From contig JAQBYT010000001.1 in the NCBI GenBank assembly GCA_027622665.1, positions 224,001-288,000 of the forward strand: a stretch of 64,000 nt of DNA. Reading direction: 5' to 3'. The position numbers and the translations under genes were made by a program. Below are positions 10,532 to 18,972 of this stretch, in pieces. Origin of the DNA: Verrucomicrobiota bacterium. Its GTDB lineage: Bacteria; Verrucomicrobiota; Verrucomicrobiia; Opitutales; Seribacteraceae. Under the pieces are notes generated by a model. That model saw nothing but the letters and a program-made list of their open reading frames with translations, was not told the origin of the DNA and searched no databases. Within the stretch, counting starts at the first letter, position 1. The number at the start of each line of letters is the position of its first letter.

Positions 10532-11133
10532 TCGAATTATAAATTGGAATAATGGTGTATATAATATTCCGGATTTCATTTTGTCTGTGAGACCAGCGGC
10601 TGATGCAATGCCAACCTTTCAGACCACTCCTTTTTATCGTGACCTATTGAAACCTATTGGAAACTAATGATAAAAAGTGGATGTAAAACAGCAAAGTTTA
10701 CAAAATCATTGAGGTTGAACAGCGGATGTCCCTTTCATGTGGAGATCTTCTGCCTTTTTGACTTACTGGAAAAGTCCTAATCGCGCCCCATTGGATTTGG
10801 TCCTCAAGTTGCTTCTGGCGGCAAAATCCTTACAGGAGTTCGGTTTACCCTTTTCGCTCGCTTGGAACTTTACCTTGCTTCTCTATTGTCGCTTTCTCCA
10901 TCGGGAGACCATTTTGGCGTTCCCCTTTCTTGAGGCGAAGGAAATCAACCTCTGACGCACTGCCAATAATGGGGGGGCTTCCCTTCATCACCTGCGAAGT
11001 CGTGTGCAATCTTCGTACGCATCCATAAGTCGTAATACCCGCGAAGTGTCAGTGTTTCTGTTCCTCTTTCGGTTATGCCAGTACGGAGACGCCATTCCAG
11101 CCTGTTGTCACAGACTTACCTCTAAGGGAGAGT

Positions 11134-11601
11134 TTATCCGGAGCTATTATGCTTGTTGACGATTTGATTGATCCGATCAATTTCCCGTTTGTATTTTGGG
11201 TTAGGTTTCCCTCGGATAAAATAATTAGGATTATTATACCTTGTTTCGTACATTTCCAACTCTTTCAGGAGTTTGCCATTATTAGTTGTGGTCTTTGTCC
11301 CGTTAGAATTAGTTGTCTTCGCTTTGGCTGTATTTTGTTCATCTAAAACGGATTGAATCTGTTGTTGGGCAACTTCCTTTGGAACCTCAAAATCCCACTC
11401 ATTCGCCCATCGGTTCCATTTAGCGAAATCTAGCAATGCCGGTGTGGCTTCGAAATCGCGGCAGGAATAGGCAAACATTTCTAAGGCTTGCTCGGCGGAT
11501 GTGGCCATGAAGAACTTCTCCACTGGGAATACATCTTCTCCCAAGAGATATCGCATGCGATATTGTGTCTGTTCGGGTTCTGAATAGCGTTTCTTTTTCA
11601 T
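11134..11601 (-). CDS. Hypothetical protein, paralog 2 of a tandem pair
   Basis: 155 aa ORF sharing YSEPEQ, EQALExFAYSCR, LLDFAxWNRW and RGKPNPKY with paralog 1. Confidence 0.85.
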   Translation of the reverse strand: MKKKRYSEPEQTQYRMRYLLGEDVFPVEKFFMATSAEQALEMFAYSCRDFEATPALLDFAKWNRWANEWDFEVPKEVAQQQIQSVLDEQNTAKAKTTNSNGTKTTTNNGKLLKELEMYETRYNNPNYFIRGKPNPKYKREIDRINQIVNKHNSSG

Positions 11602-11669
11602 CAGAAGTTTATTTTAAGATAAATATTATGTTTTATTCATGAAAACCCATAATTGATAATTATAGTGCA

Positions 11670-11698
11670 ACAATAGAGCTGTCTTATACAATGAGCAA
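11670..11698 (-). promoter_or_regulatory. Candidate sigma70 promoter for paralog 2
   Basis: TTGCTC-N17-TATTGT on the minus strand, about 70 nt upstream of the ATG. Confidence 0.35.
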
Positions 11699-11979
11699 AT
11701 TGCCCTGACTCTCCTTTAGGCGGAATCTGGTACTTTATGATGAAGTCCATTATATTTATAAGTAATAAAAGCAGGAAAGTGCAGTTATGCTTACATTCCG
11801 AAATGACTTAAGCGCTTTCCCGTATCGAGGCGGGTTGCCTTGGACTTGTAGGTCGACCGTCTGGAATCGTCGCAGCAGGACTTCAATTGCACTTCCAACT
11901 ATTTTCCTTGTGGTTGGCCTTACTCAATCTGGGTAGGCAGGTGCCGATAGTTTTTCGCGTCTTTCAGACAGCGGAAGAA

Positions 11980-14076
11980 CTACTTTTTTAATGGAAGGAA
12001 CTGTAGCGCGTCTATGATTACGTAACCGTCGGTGCCTTTGTTGGTTATAAGGACACTTGCCGCTTCAGTAAAGGAGAAGTTGCCAAGACTGATGGAGGAT
12101 TCGTCAACGGGAGGCTCCTTCGTTTGGTTTACGATGACGGTGGTTTCGCCGTCGGAATGAACGATGGTGACAGGAACGTTTGTGGCTCGATTGTCGTTAG
12201 GCGGATACGCGAGACGCACATCGTAACGACCAGGTTTGAGCCTTACCTTGAAGCGGGCGTTGCGAGCCCCTTTGTCTTCGTTGCCGTCGTGTCTATAGCC
12301 ATTACCGATAAACGGTCCGGTGGCAGAACTCGAAGTCCAAGTTCCTTTCAGTTCCGCTTGGGAGTCGTCCACCACTATGCCGTCTAGCTTTATGGATTTC
12401 ACCGAGTTCATAGGCGGAGGAATGTTTAATTCCAAAACTTGACCTTCGGCTAGGAGATGTTTGCGAAGCGTCGCGTAGGGGAGGTCTTGAACGGCAAGGT
12501 TTTCGGCGAGAGATAGAAGCGCCGCGGTGGCGGCGGACTGTCCGAGGATCATGAAGACAGGTTCCATGCGGATGGAACCGAAAGCGATGTGGGAACTCGA
12601 CACGCAGACTGGAACGAGTAGGTTTTCGCACTCCTTTTTCTTTGGGACGAGGGAACCGTAGGCGATTTGGTAGGGTCCTCGGGTGGAGACTCCGATGTCC
12701 CCTTCGTTCTGGACATATCCTTCCGGGGTTACGTAGCGCTGCACGTTGTGCGAGTCCATCGTGTAGGACCCCATGCCGACGGATTCGGGCGTGGGCCGTT
12801 TTTTCAACAGTTCGTTCTCAGTCATTACGTACTTGCCGATCATCCGTCGGGCTTCGCGCACATATATCTGGTGTGGCCAGTTGTCATTGTCGTTGAACTC
12901 GTCCTTCGCCAGTCCCCAAGTGCGCATTTTATTCCGAATCAGTTTTGGGACTCGAACGTCGTTTGCATAGAACCATAGAAGGCCCTGTTGGTAAACGCGA
13001 TGTTCGTCGATGATTTCGCGTCGGCGCTCATAGGAACCATCCGGATAATCGTAGTTCATTCCAATGTTGTCGGTGGAGAAGGGGCCGTGGTTGTTTGTGT
13101 CCGTCTTTCGATTGGGTATCCGGTCGAATTTCCCGAAGACTTGATTCCACCCTGAGGAAAGGATGCGTGCGAGTAGTTCGTACTGCTTGGGGTCATATCC
13201 TTTTGGCTTTGGGAACTTGACGCGATTTTCGGCATGGTCCGTGAGGCACATGCGGAAGCAATAAGCCTGTATTTTTTTGTCCTCGGTCCCAAATTCCCCG
13301 GGGTGCTCGAGGTTGATGCGAGGGAGGAAACCGCTTAAGGGGTTGCCGGGTTCGAGGTAGGGGCTGATTTTCGTTTTAACCGCACCGAAGTGGTGTCCGT
13401 GGTGAAGGACGCCAGTTTGAACGCCGTTCCACTGTTCGCCATACGCTTCCTTTGATTCTCGCCCCACGTGATAGTTTATGCCCGCAGCGGCCAAGAGATC
13501 TCCTTCGTAGGTGGCGTCAATGAACATTTTACCATTATAAGTGTTTCCGCTCAACATGGTGATAGCCGTGATGCGACCCTTCTCGATTGCGACCCCCTTG
13601 CCAGGGGCACGGTCGAGCCATTCGTCGCGGTGGACGGTTAGTTCGTAATCGCGGGCAAAGTCCTCGAAAACCTTCTCCGCCACGCTCGGCTCGAATATCC
13701 ACATCGTACGATTCTCTCCGTCGATGGCGGGCGTACCTTGTCCTTTGTTGCCGTATTCCTCCCGTTTTTGCCACTTCCAAGTTTCCAGTTTGTTGTACTC
13801 CTTCCAGACGCGGTGGTAGAATTCTCGAGCGAGCCCGCCGATAGCCTCCTTTTTCCCCGTGTCGGTCCAGCCTAATCCACCGGAGGAGAGACCGCCAAGG
13901 TGAATGTCCGGGCAGACGAGAACGACCGATCTCCCCATCTTTCTGGCCTGAACTGCGGCGACAACTCCCGCACTCGTCCCTCCATAAACCACAAGATCGT
14001 ATTCAATGAATTTTTCGGCTAAGGTTTGCTTACTGCAAATAATGCTGGCGATGGCGAGGAGTGCGGTCAACTTCAT
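11980..14076 (-). CDS. Secreted FAD-dependent oxidoreductase (FAD_oxidored family) with C-terminal golvesin/xanthan-lyase CBD-like domain
   Basis: Signal peptide; YDLVVYGGTSAG, FIDATYEGD, YVREARR, SIRMEP motifs; C-terminal GIVVDD...GYVIIDALQF beta-sandwich. Confidence 0.88.
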   Translation of the reverse strand: MKLTALLAIASIICSKQTLAEKFIEYDLVVYGGTSAGVVAAVQARKMGRSVVLVCPDIHLGGLSSGGLGWTDTGKKEAIGGLAREFYHRVWKEYNKLETWKWQKREEYGNKGQGTPAIDGENRTMWIFEPSVAEKVFEDFARDYELTVHRDEWLDRAPGKGVAIEKGRITAITMLSGNTYNGKMFIDATYEGDLLAAAGINYHVGRESKEAYGEQWNGVQTGVLHHGHHFGAVKTKISPYLEPGNPLSGFLPRINLEHPGEFGTEDKKIQAYCFRMCLTDHAENRVKFPKPKGYDPKQYELLARILSSGWNQVFGKFDRIPNRKTDTNNHGPFSTDNIGMNYDYPDGSYERRREIIDEHRVYQQGLLWFYANDVRVPKLIRNKMRTWGLAKDEFNDNDNWPHQIYVREARRMIGKYVMTENELLKKRPTPESVGMGSYTMDSHNVQRYVTPEGYVQNEGDIGVSTRGPYQIAYGSLVPKKKECENLLVPVCVSSSHIAFGSIRMEPVFMILGQSAATAALLSLAENLAVQDLPYATLRKHLLAEGQVLELNIPPPMNSVKSIKLDGIVVDDSQAELKGTWTSSSATGPFIGNGYRHDGNEDKGARNARFKVRLKPGRYDVRLAYPPNDNRATNVPVTIVHSDGETTVIVNQTKEPPVDESSISLGNFSFTEAASVLITNKGTDGYVIIDALQFLPLKK

Positions 14077-14252
14077 GATGGTTTTTGTAATGGCCTAAAC
14101 GTTTAGAGAAATCTCCAGTGACTATAATTTAGAAAGTAATGTTATCAATGTGGGTTTTATTGTTAGGTGGATTCAATTTCGACATGCAAAAAACAGTAAG
14201 CCTAGCCGCAGATGTTATCTCAGATCTCACCCCGATGGGGAAGCCGACGAAA

Positions 14253-17045
14253 TTAGTCTTCGTTTCGCGTTTTCCAAGTCAAACCCGTGGTTGATTGACC
14301 ATCACCATTCGGTATTAAATAACTGGCTATGATGCCTGCTAGAAAGCAGGAGGCGACCCCTGCAAAGGCATAAAACCAGGAATGTACGGGATGCCAGGTT
14401 TTTAGTGAAAATACGACGGCAGCCGAGGCCGCAAGGCCGATCAGGGTTCCTTTTGCGTGGGCTTTTTCGGCGAAGATGGCCAAAAGGAATAGTCCACCCA
14501 GACCTCCACCGAAGAGACCAAGAAAGCCGACGAACTGATCCCACAGAGACTTGATTTCAGTCCCCGCCAAAAAGAGGGCGAGAGCTATGCCCGCTACACC
14601 CACCGCGACCGTTGCGATACGAGCTACACGGAGCTTTTCGGTGGCAGTGGAGCTGGGCCGGTAACGGGCATGGAAGTCGATTGTGACGGCGGCGGCTACG
14701 CTGTTCATACTGCTGTCGAGACTAGACATCGCTGCTGCGAAGACGCCCGCGATCACGAGTCCTGCGATTCCTTCGGGCAGCTGTGCAACGACATAAAAGG
14801 GCAGTATGGCATCGGCGGTGGAGAGATGGGGGTCGAGGGTTTCAGGGTGGTTGGCGAAGAAGACGTATAGGGCGGCTCCGACGAGAAAGAAAAGAAGGGT
14901 TGCGGGGACGGTGAGAAAGGCATTTGTCCAGATGCTACGGGCAGAGGTCTTTTCGTCCTTGGTCGTCAGGTAGCGCTGGACTACGGTTTGGTCGCTTCCG
15001 TAACTGATTAAACTAGCTGCGAGACCCCCAAGCAGAAGGGTCCATAAAGTAGGTTCTGAAAAATTCCAACGGAGGTCTATATAGTTAAGCTTTTCGGCGG
15101 ATTGCGCTTGATCAATTAAACTCTGAAAACCACCCACTTCTCCGGCAATAGAAGCAACTACATAGACCGCTCCTCCGAGCAGAACGAACACCTGCAGGAC
15201 ATCTGTCCAGATAACGGCTTCAATGCCGCCGAGGGTTACGTATATGATGCAGAGAACCCCCATTACTAGGATGCAAGTGGTGACGTCCACTCCCGTAACG
15301 ACCGATAAGGCAAGAGATGGCAAAAGCAGAACTATTCCTATTCTAGCCAATTGTAGGAAAATAAAAAAGCCACTTGCGACTAACCTAACAGAAGCGTCGA
15401 ACCTTTTTTCAAGATATTCGTATGCGGTGGTTACGTCCAATTTTCGATAAAAAGGAAGAAAGCAGAATACGATCAGAGGAGCTACGAGAAGTATGGGAAG
15501 ATTGCCGAAGAGATAGGTCCAGTCAGTTGCATAGGCTTTGGCAGGGAGCGCCATGAAGGTGATGGCACTCAATTGAGTTCCGAAGATACTTAGGCCTGCT
15601 GCCCACCAAGGGATACGACCACCTGCCTTGAAGAAGTCTTCCGGTGTCTTTTCTTTTCCCACCAAGCGTATGCCGATAAAAACAAGAAACGCTAGATAAA
15701 GCGCTACCGCCGCATAGTCCAGAGGACCGAATCCTTCACTCCTTTGGGGTTCTCCCAAGAGAACTTTTGCCGTTCGGACGCCGGGAGAGGTTTCTCCGGT
15801 AGGTATGACGATGCCCCCGTTCCATGCCACTGCCTGTGTCGTTACAGGAAATGGGATTTCTGCTTCGCCGACTTTGGTCCAACTGTCCGTTACTGCGTGG
15901 TAAGCAAGAATGTCCTGAGAAAAGCCGGTGTGTTGTTCGTGAAAACGTAGGTGTTGGGTCTTCAGTTCCGCAAGTTCGGTGGAGTTCGTTTCGTTGCTGT
16001 CTTCTCCACTCCTATCAAGTTCGACTATGCGCTCATTCAACTTTTCGATCTCGAGGAATCGTTGACCATCGGCTCCTCCGAAAACGAGGATATGGGCAAC
16101 GCCAATGGGAGCGCAGGTACCCGCCATTATGCAACGGGGTTGACCATCGCCAGTCGAGATTTCGGCGAGTGGTGACCAGGTCTTGTCCGAGGGATCGAAC
16201 CTGTAAGCGTCGGTGAGCATCTCGGTCGCTTTTCCCGAATGTGGATTGCGACCGCTAAAGAGATAGAGACAATCGTTCTCTCCGTTGCTTTGAGACGCGG
16301 CTAAGGGCAGAATCCGAGGTGGTCCTGACCACGGGGGCAATTCCTCCCATGCCAACTCTGCGTCCGGTTTGGAGAGGTCTAGCGACCAGAAGTTGTTGGT
16401 GGCGTCCCCTCCCATCTTTTCCTGTCCACCCATTAGATAAACGATGTCGTCTACCATTGCCCCTCCCATAAAGGCCAATGGGCGAGGTAAGTTCGGGAGA
16501 CGTTGCAGTTTTAGTTCGCGTTCCTCGGGCAACCATTGAAGGCGAAAGACGTCGTCGTGGCACCGTTCGGCGTCGCAACCACCGATGCACAGGAGTCCCT
16601 TTTCGGTAGAGATGGCCACACCGTAAGCGGAGGACTTGAGTAGTTCTAGTCTCGGCGAGGTAAACCAGTTGGATTTGGGTTTGCCGTCCGCTTCTTTCTC
16701 TAGCACGTAAACATCGTTCCACCAAACCTTCTGGCCTCCTCTCCATGACGGTAAATCCGGAAAGTTTGCTCCACCTGCCACCAGCAAGGCATCGCCGTGA
16801 ACTCCTACGAATGGTCCGGCCAATCCCGCTTGCTTGACTTCTCCTGAAGCAGGGGGTAGGTCGGGCAGGTTGGCACCCGACCAGTCGAAGGGCTGGATGA
16901 GAACTTTTTTAGCAGCAGCAAGCCAAGATCCCGAGAAAACGAAGACAAGCAGCAAGGACAGCAGAATCTTCCGTATCGATTTGACCAAGCCTAGAAGCGA
17001 TCTCATGGATCGACAAAAGTTAGTTCCGTCGGGATCAGTTCTCAA
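14253..17045 (-). CDS. Kelch-type N-acetylneuraminate epimerase (NanM-like) fused to a sodium:solute symporter
   Basis: N-terminal part has AGGANFP, GGCD, GETSPGVRT kelch mutarotase motifs. C-terminal part has WWAAGLSIFGTQLSAITF, TAYEYLEKRF, AVIWTD, SDQTVVQRYL, AAAMSSLDS. Start uncertain (alternative ATG 17006). Confidence 0.9.
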   Translation of the reverse strand: MRTDPDGTNFCRSMRSLLGLVKSIRKILLSLLLVFVFSGSWLAAAKKVLIQPFDWSGANLPDLPPASGEVKQAGLAGPFVGVHGDALLVAGGANFPDLPSWRGGQKVWWNDVYVLEKEADGKPKSNWFTSPRLELLKSSAYGVAISTEKGLLCIGGCDAERCHDDVFRLQWLPEERELKLQRLPNLPRPLAFMGGAMVDDIVYLMGGQEKMGGDATNNFWSLDLSKPDAELAWEELPPWSGPPRILPLAASQSNGENDCLYLFSGRNPHSGKATEMLTDAYRFDPSDKTWSPLAEISTGDGQPRCIMAGTCAPIGVAHILVFGGADGQRFLEIEKLNERIVELDRSGEDSNETNSTELAELKTQHLRFHEQHTGFSQDILAYHAVTDSWTKVGEAEIPFPVTTQAVAWNGGIVIPTGETSPGVRTAKVLLGEPQRSEGFGPLDYAAVALYLAFLVFIGIRLVGKEKTPEDFFKAGGRIPWWAAGLSIFGTQLSAITFMALPAKAYATDWTYLFGNLPILLVAPLIVFCFLPFYRKLDVTTAYEYLEKRFDASVRLVASGFFIFLQLARIGIVLLLPSLALSVVTGVDVTTCILVMGVLCIIYVTLGGIEAVIWTDVLQVFVLLGGAVYVVASIAGEVGGFQSLIDQAQSAEKLNYIDLRWNFSEPTLWTLLLGGLAASLISYGSDQTVVQRYLTTKDEKTSARSIWTNAFLTVPATLLFFLVGAALYVFFANHPETLDPHLSTADAILPFYVVAQLPEGIAGLVIAGVFAAAMSSLDSSMNSVAAAVTIDFHARYRPSSTATEKLRVARIATVAVGVAGIALALFLAGTEIKSLWDQFVGFLGLFGGGLGGLFLLAIFAEKAHAKGTLIGLAASAAVVFSLKTWHPVHSWFYAFAGVASCFLAGIIASYLIPNGDGQSTTGLTWKTRNED

Positions 17046-17160
17046 ATTAATTTCAAGGGCGGTGCCGAAGTGCTGCTTCGTTTTCTCAAGGTAAATGCCT
17101 TGCTCGTCGCCTCAAAATCGAAAATGGGCTGCGATCCATTGCAGTTTTAATCCTGCGGGT

Positions 17161-18267
17161 TCAGGTAATGTGAGCGCCTCGGGTTTCGACGTACATGGCA
17201 TAAATGGATTGGCTTGCGGTCATGAAAAGGCGATTACGCTTAGGGCCGCCAAAGCAAAGGTTGGAGCAAATTTCAGGTAGCAGGATTTGGCCAATGCGCT
17301 TGCCTTCGGTAGGCTCGAACACATGAACGCCATCATAACCTGCACCCACCCAACCTGCGCTTGACCATACGTTTCCGTCTACGTCGCAACGGATCCCGTC
17401 GGCCATGCCTGCATAGGTCTCTTCGCCAATCTTCAAATCCATGGAGGCAAATCTTCTTCCTTTCTTGAGTGTCTTTTCTTCCACGACGTCCCATGCCTTG
17501 ATCTGCTTGTCTGCCTCGGGGTAATGGGAGGCTCCGGTATCGGCTACATAGAGCGTCTTGTAGTCAGGTGAAAAGCAGAGACCGTTGGGTTTGAAGATTT
17601 CGTCAGTGACTTTGTTTATTTTCCCTGTCTTGGAGTCAATACGGTAGACCGCTTCTTTTTGGTGGGGTTGGACGCTTCCCGTGTCGGACTTGTTGCCCTC
17701 GTAGTTCATCAACGAACCGTAGCCGGGGTCGGTGAACCAGATGTCCCCGTTCGGATGGACGACTGCGTCGTTCGGGGCATTGAACTGCTTCCCATCGAAT
17801 TCGTCGGCAAGAACGGTTGCCTTGCCATTGTGCTCGTAGCGGACGACACGTCGATTCCCGTGTTCGCAGGAGATTTGCCTGCCCTGCCAATCAAAGGTGT
17901 TTCCGTTGCTGTTTCCGCTCGGGTGACGAAAGGTGCTGACATGACCGTCTTCATTGAGCCATCGAAGTTGCACGTCGTTAGGAATGTCGCTCCAGATGAG
18001 GTATTTACCCACCGCGTTCCATGCCGGACCCTCGGCCCACAACATGTCGGGATGGGTGTAGAGGCGCTGTATGGGAGTGTTCCCCAGTTTGTATTTGTTG
18101 AAACGCTCGTCGTGTACGATGATGTCGGGATCCGGGTATCGCGTAGGGATGTTTCCCGTCCAGTCTCTGGCCATACAAACTGCAGTTCCCAAGCTAGAAG
18201 CCGCAGCGGCGAGAAAAGACCTGCGTCCCCAAGCATGAGTTTTGTCGGAGGGTGAGTTTTCTTTCAT
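17161..18267 (-). CDS. SMP-30/gluconolactonase family protein, Tat-exported
   Basis: GRRSFL Tat motif; WAEGPAW, SNGNTFD, NAPND, PNGLCFSPD, ADGIRCD. Confidence 0.92.
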   Translation of the reverse strand: MKENSPSDKTHAWGRRSFLAAAASSLGTAVCMARDWTGNIPTRYPDPDIIVHDERFNKYKLGNTPIQRLYTHPDMLWAEGPAWNAVGKYLIWSDIPNDVQLRWLNEDGHVSTFRHPSGNSNGNTFDWQGRQISCEHGNRRVVRYEHNGKATVLADEFDGKQFNAPNDAVVHPNGDIWFTDPGYGSLMNYEGNKSDTGSVQPHQKEAVYRIDSKTGKINKVTDEIFKPNGLCFSPDYKTLYVADTGASHYPEADKQIKAWDVVEEKTLKKGRRFASMDLKIGEETYAGMADGIRCDVDGNVWSSAGWVGAGYDGVHVFEPTEGKRIGQILLPEICSNLCFGGPKRNRLFMTASQSIYAMYVETRGAHIT

Positions 18268-18424
18268 AAGAGGAAGTTTGTGAGGTTTTTAATGTTATTG
18301 AATCGCTTTTTGAGCATCTCGCGCCCTTTTCCAACTTGGGGCAAGCGAGTTTTTTGCATAGCGAAGATTTGACTTTATGCAGAAACAAGCTTTGATGGAT
18401 CGTTTTCAATAAATCCTACGACCA

Positions 18425-18580
18425 ATGAAACCGACATATAATCCGTCTAAAGTGCGCAGAGCTCGTAAGTGCGGGTTTCGCAAACGCAACAGTACGAGCG
18501 CGGGCCGAAATATCCTAAGGAATCGGCGGCGTAAAGGGCGTAAGCGTTTAACTGCTTCTGTGGCACGTCGCTTCCGCTAG
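18425..18580 (+). CDS. rpmH: 50S ribosomal protein L34
   Basis: Manual translation [51 protein letters not shown] (below the ORF-track cutoff). Confidence 0.96.
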   Translation: MKPTYNPSKVRRARKCGFRKRNSTSAGRNILRNRRRKGRKRLTASVARRFR

Positions 18581-18588
18581 ATGTTGCT

Positions 18589-18972
18589 ATTTTAAGGCAA
18601 AAATCAGTCAACGGTTGCGGTTTTGGCTTCAAGTCTAAAAGCCGCATAAGAAAGCGTGAAGAATTCCAAACCGTTAAACAGAAAGGCAAGCGTGTACGCA
18701 CGAATCATTTCTTGGCGCAACTTCTTATTGACGACGAAAGACCAACGGCTGAAAGAAGGATCGGAATAATTGTAACAAGACGGCTAGGAAACGCCGTCAA
18801 GCGCAACCGAGCTAAAAGAGTCTTTAGAGAGTTGTTCAGGAATCATAAAGAAATTTTGCCCGAGAGAAGCGATTTGGTAGTAATTCCGCACTCAACTTTT
18901 TTTTCGCAACCCTATTCGATGCTTGAGTCGGATTTTCTACAGACATGCAAACGCTTTAAAACCGACAGATGA
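18589..18972 (+). CDS. rnpA: Ribonuclease P protein component; start codon unresolved
   Basis: RNR motif GNAVKRNRAKRVFRE; the conserved N-terminus FKSKSRIRKREEFQTVKQKG lies upstream of the ORF-track TTG at 18712; located between rpmH and yidC. 18589 is a possible ATT start. Confidence 0.88.
   Translation: MLRQKSVNGCGFGFKSKSRIRKREEFQTVKQKGKRVRTNHFLAQLLIDDERPTAERRIGIIVTRRLGNAVKRNRAKRVFRELFRNHKEILPERSDLVVIPHSTFFSQPYSMLESDFLQTCKRFKTDR

Noticed and set aside
5484..18400. Accessory block as a tRNA-Glu-anchored genomic island
   Set aside because: The block lies on the 5' side of the tRNA; no integrase or duplicated tRNA 3' end was seen.
18268..18424. Possible oriC/dnaA region upstream of rpmH
   Set aside because: The divergent gene is a gluconolactonase, not dnaA, and no cluster of TTATCCACA-like boxes is visible.
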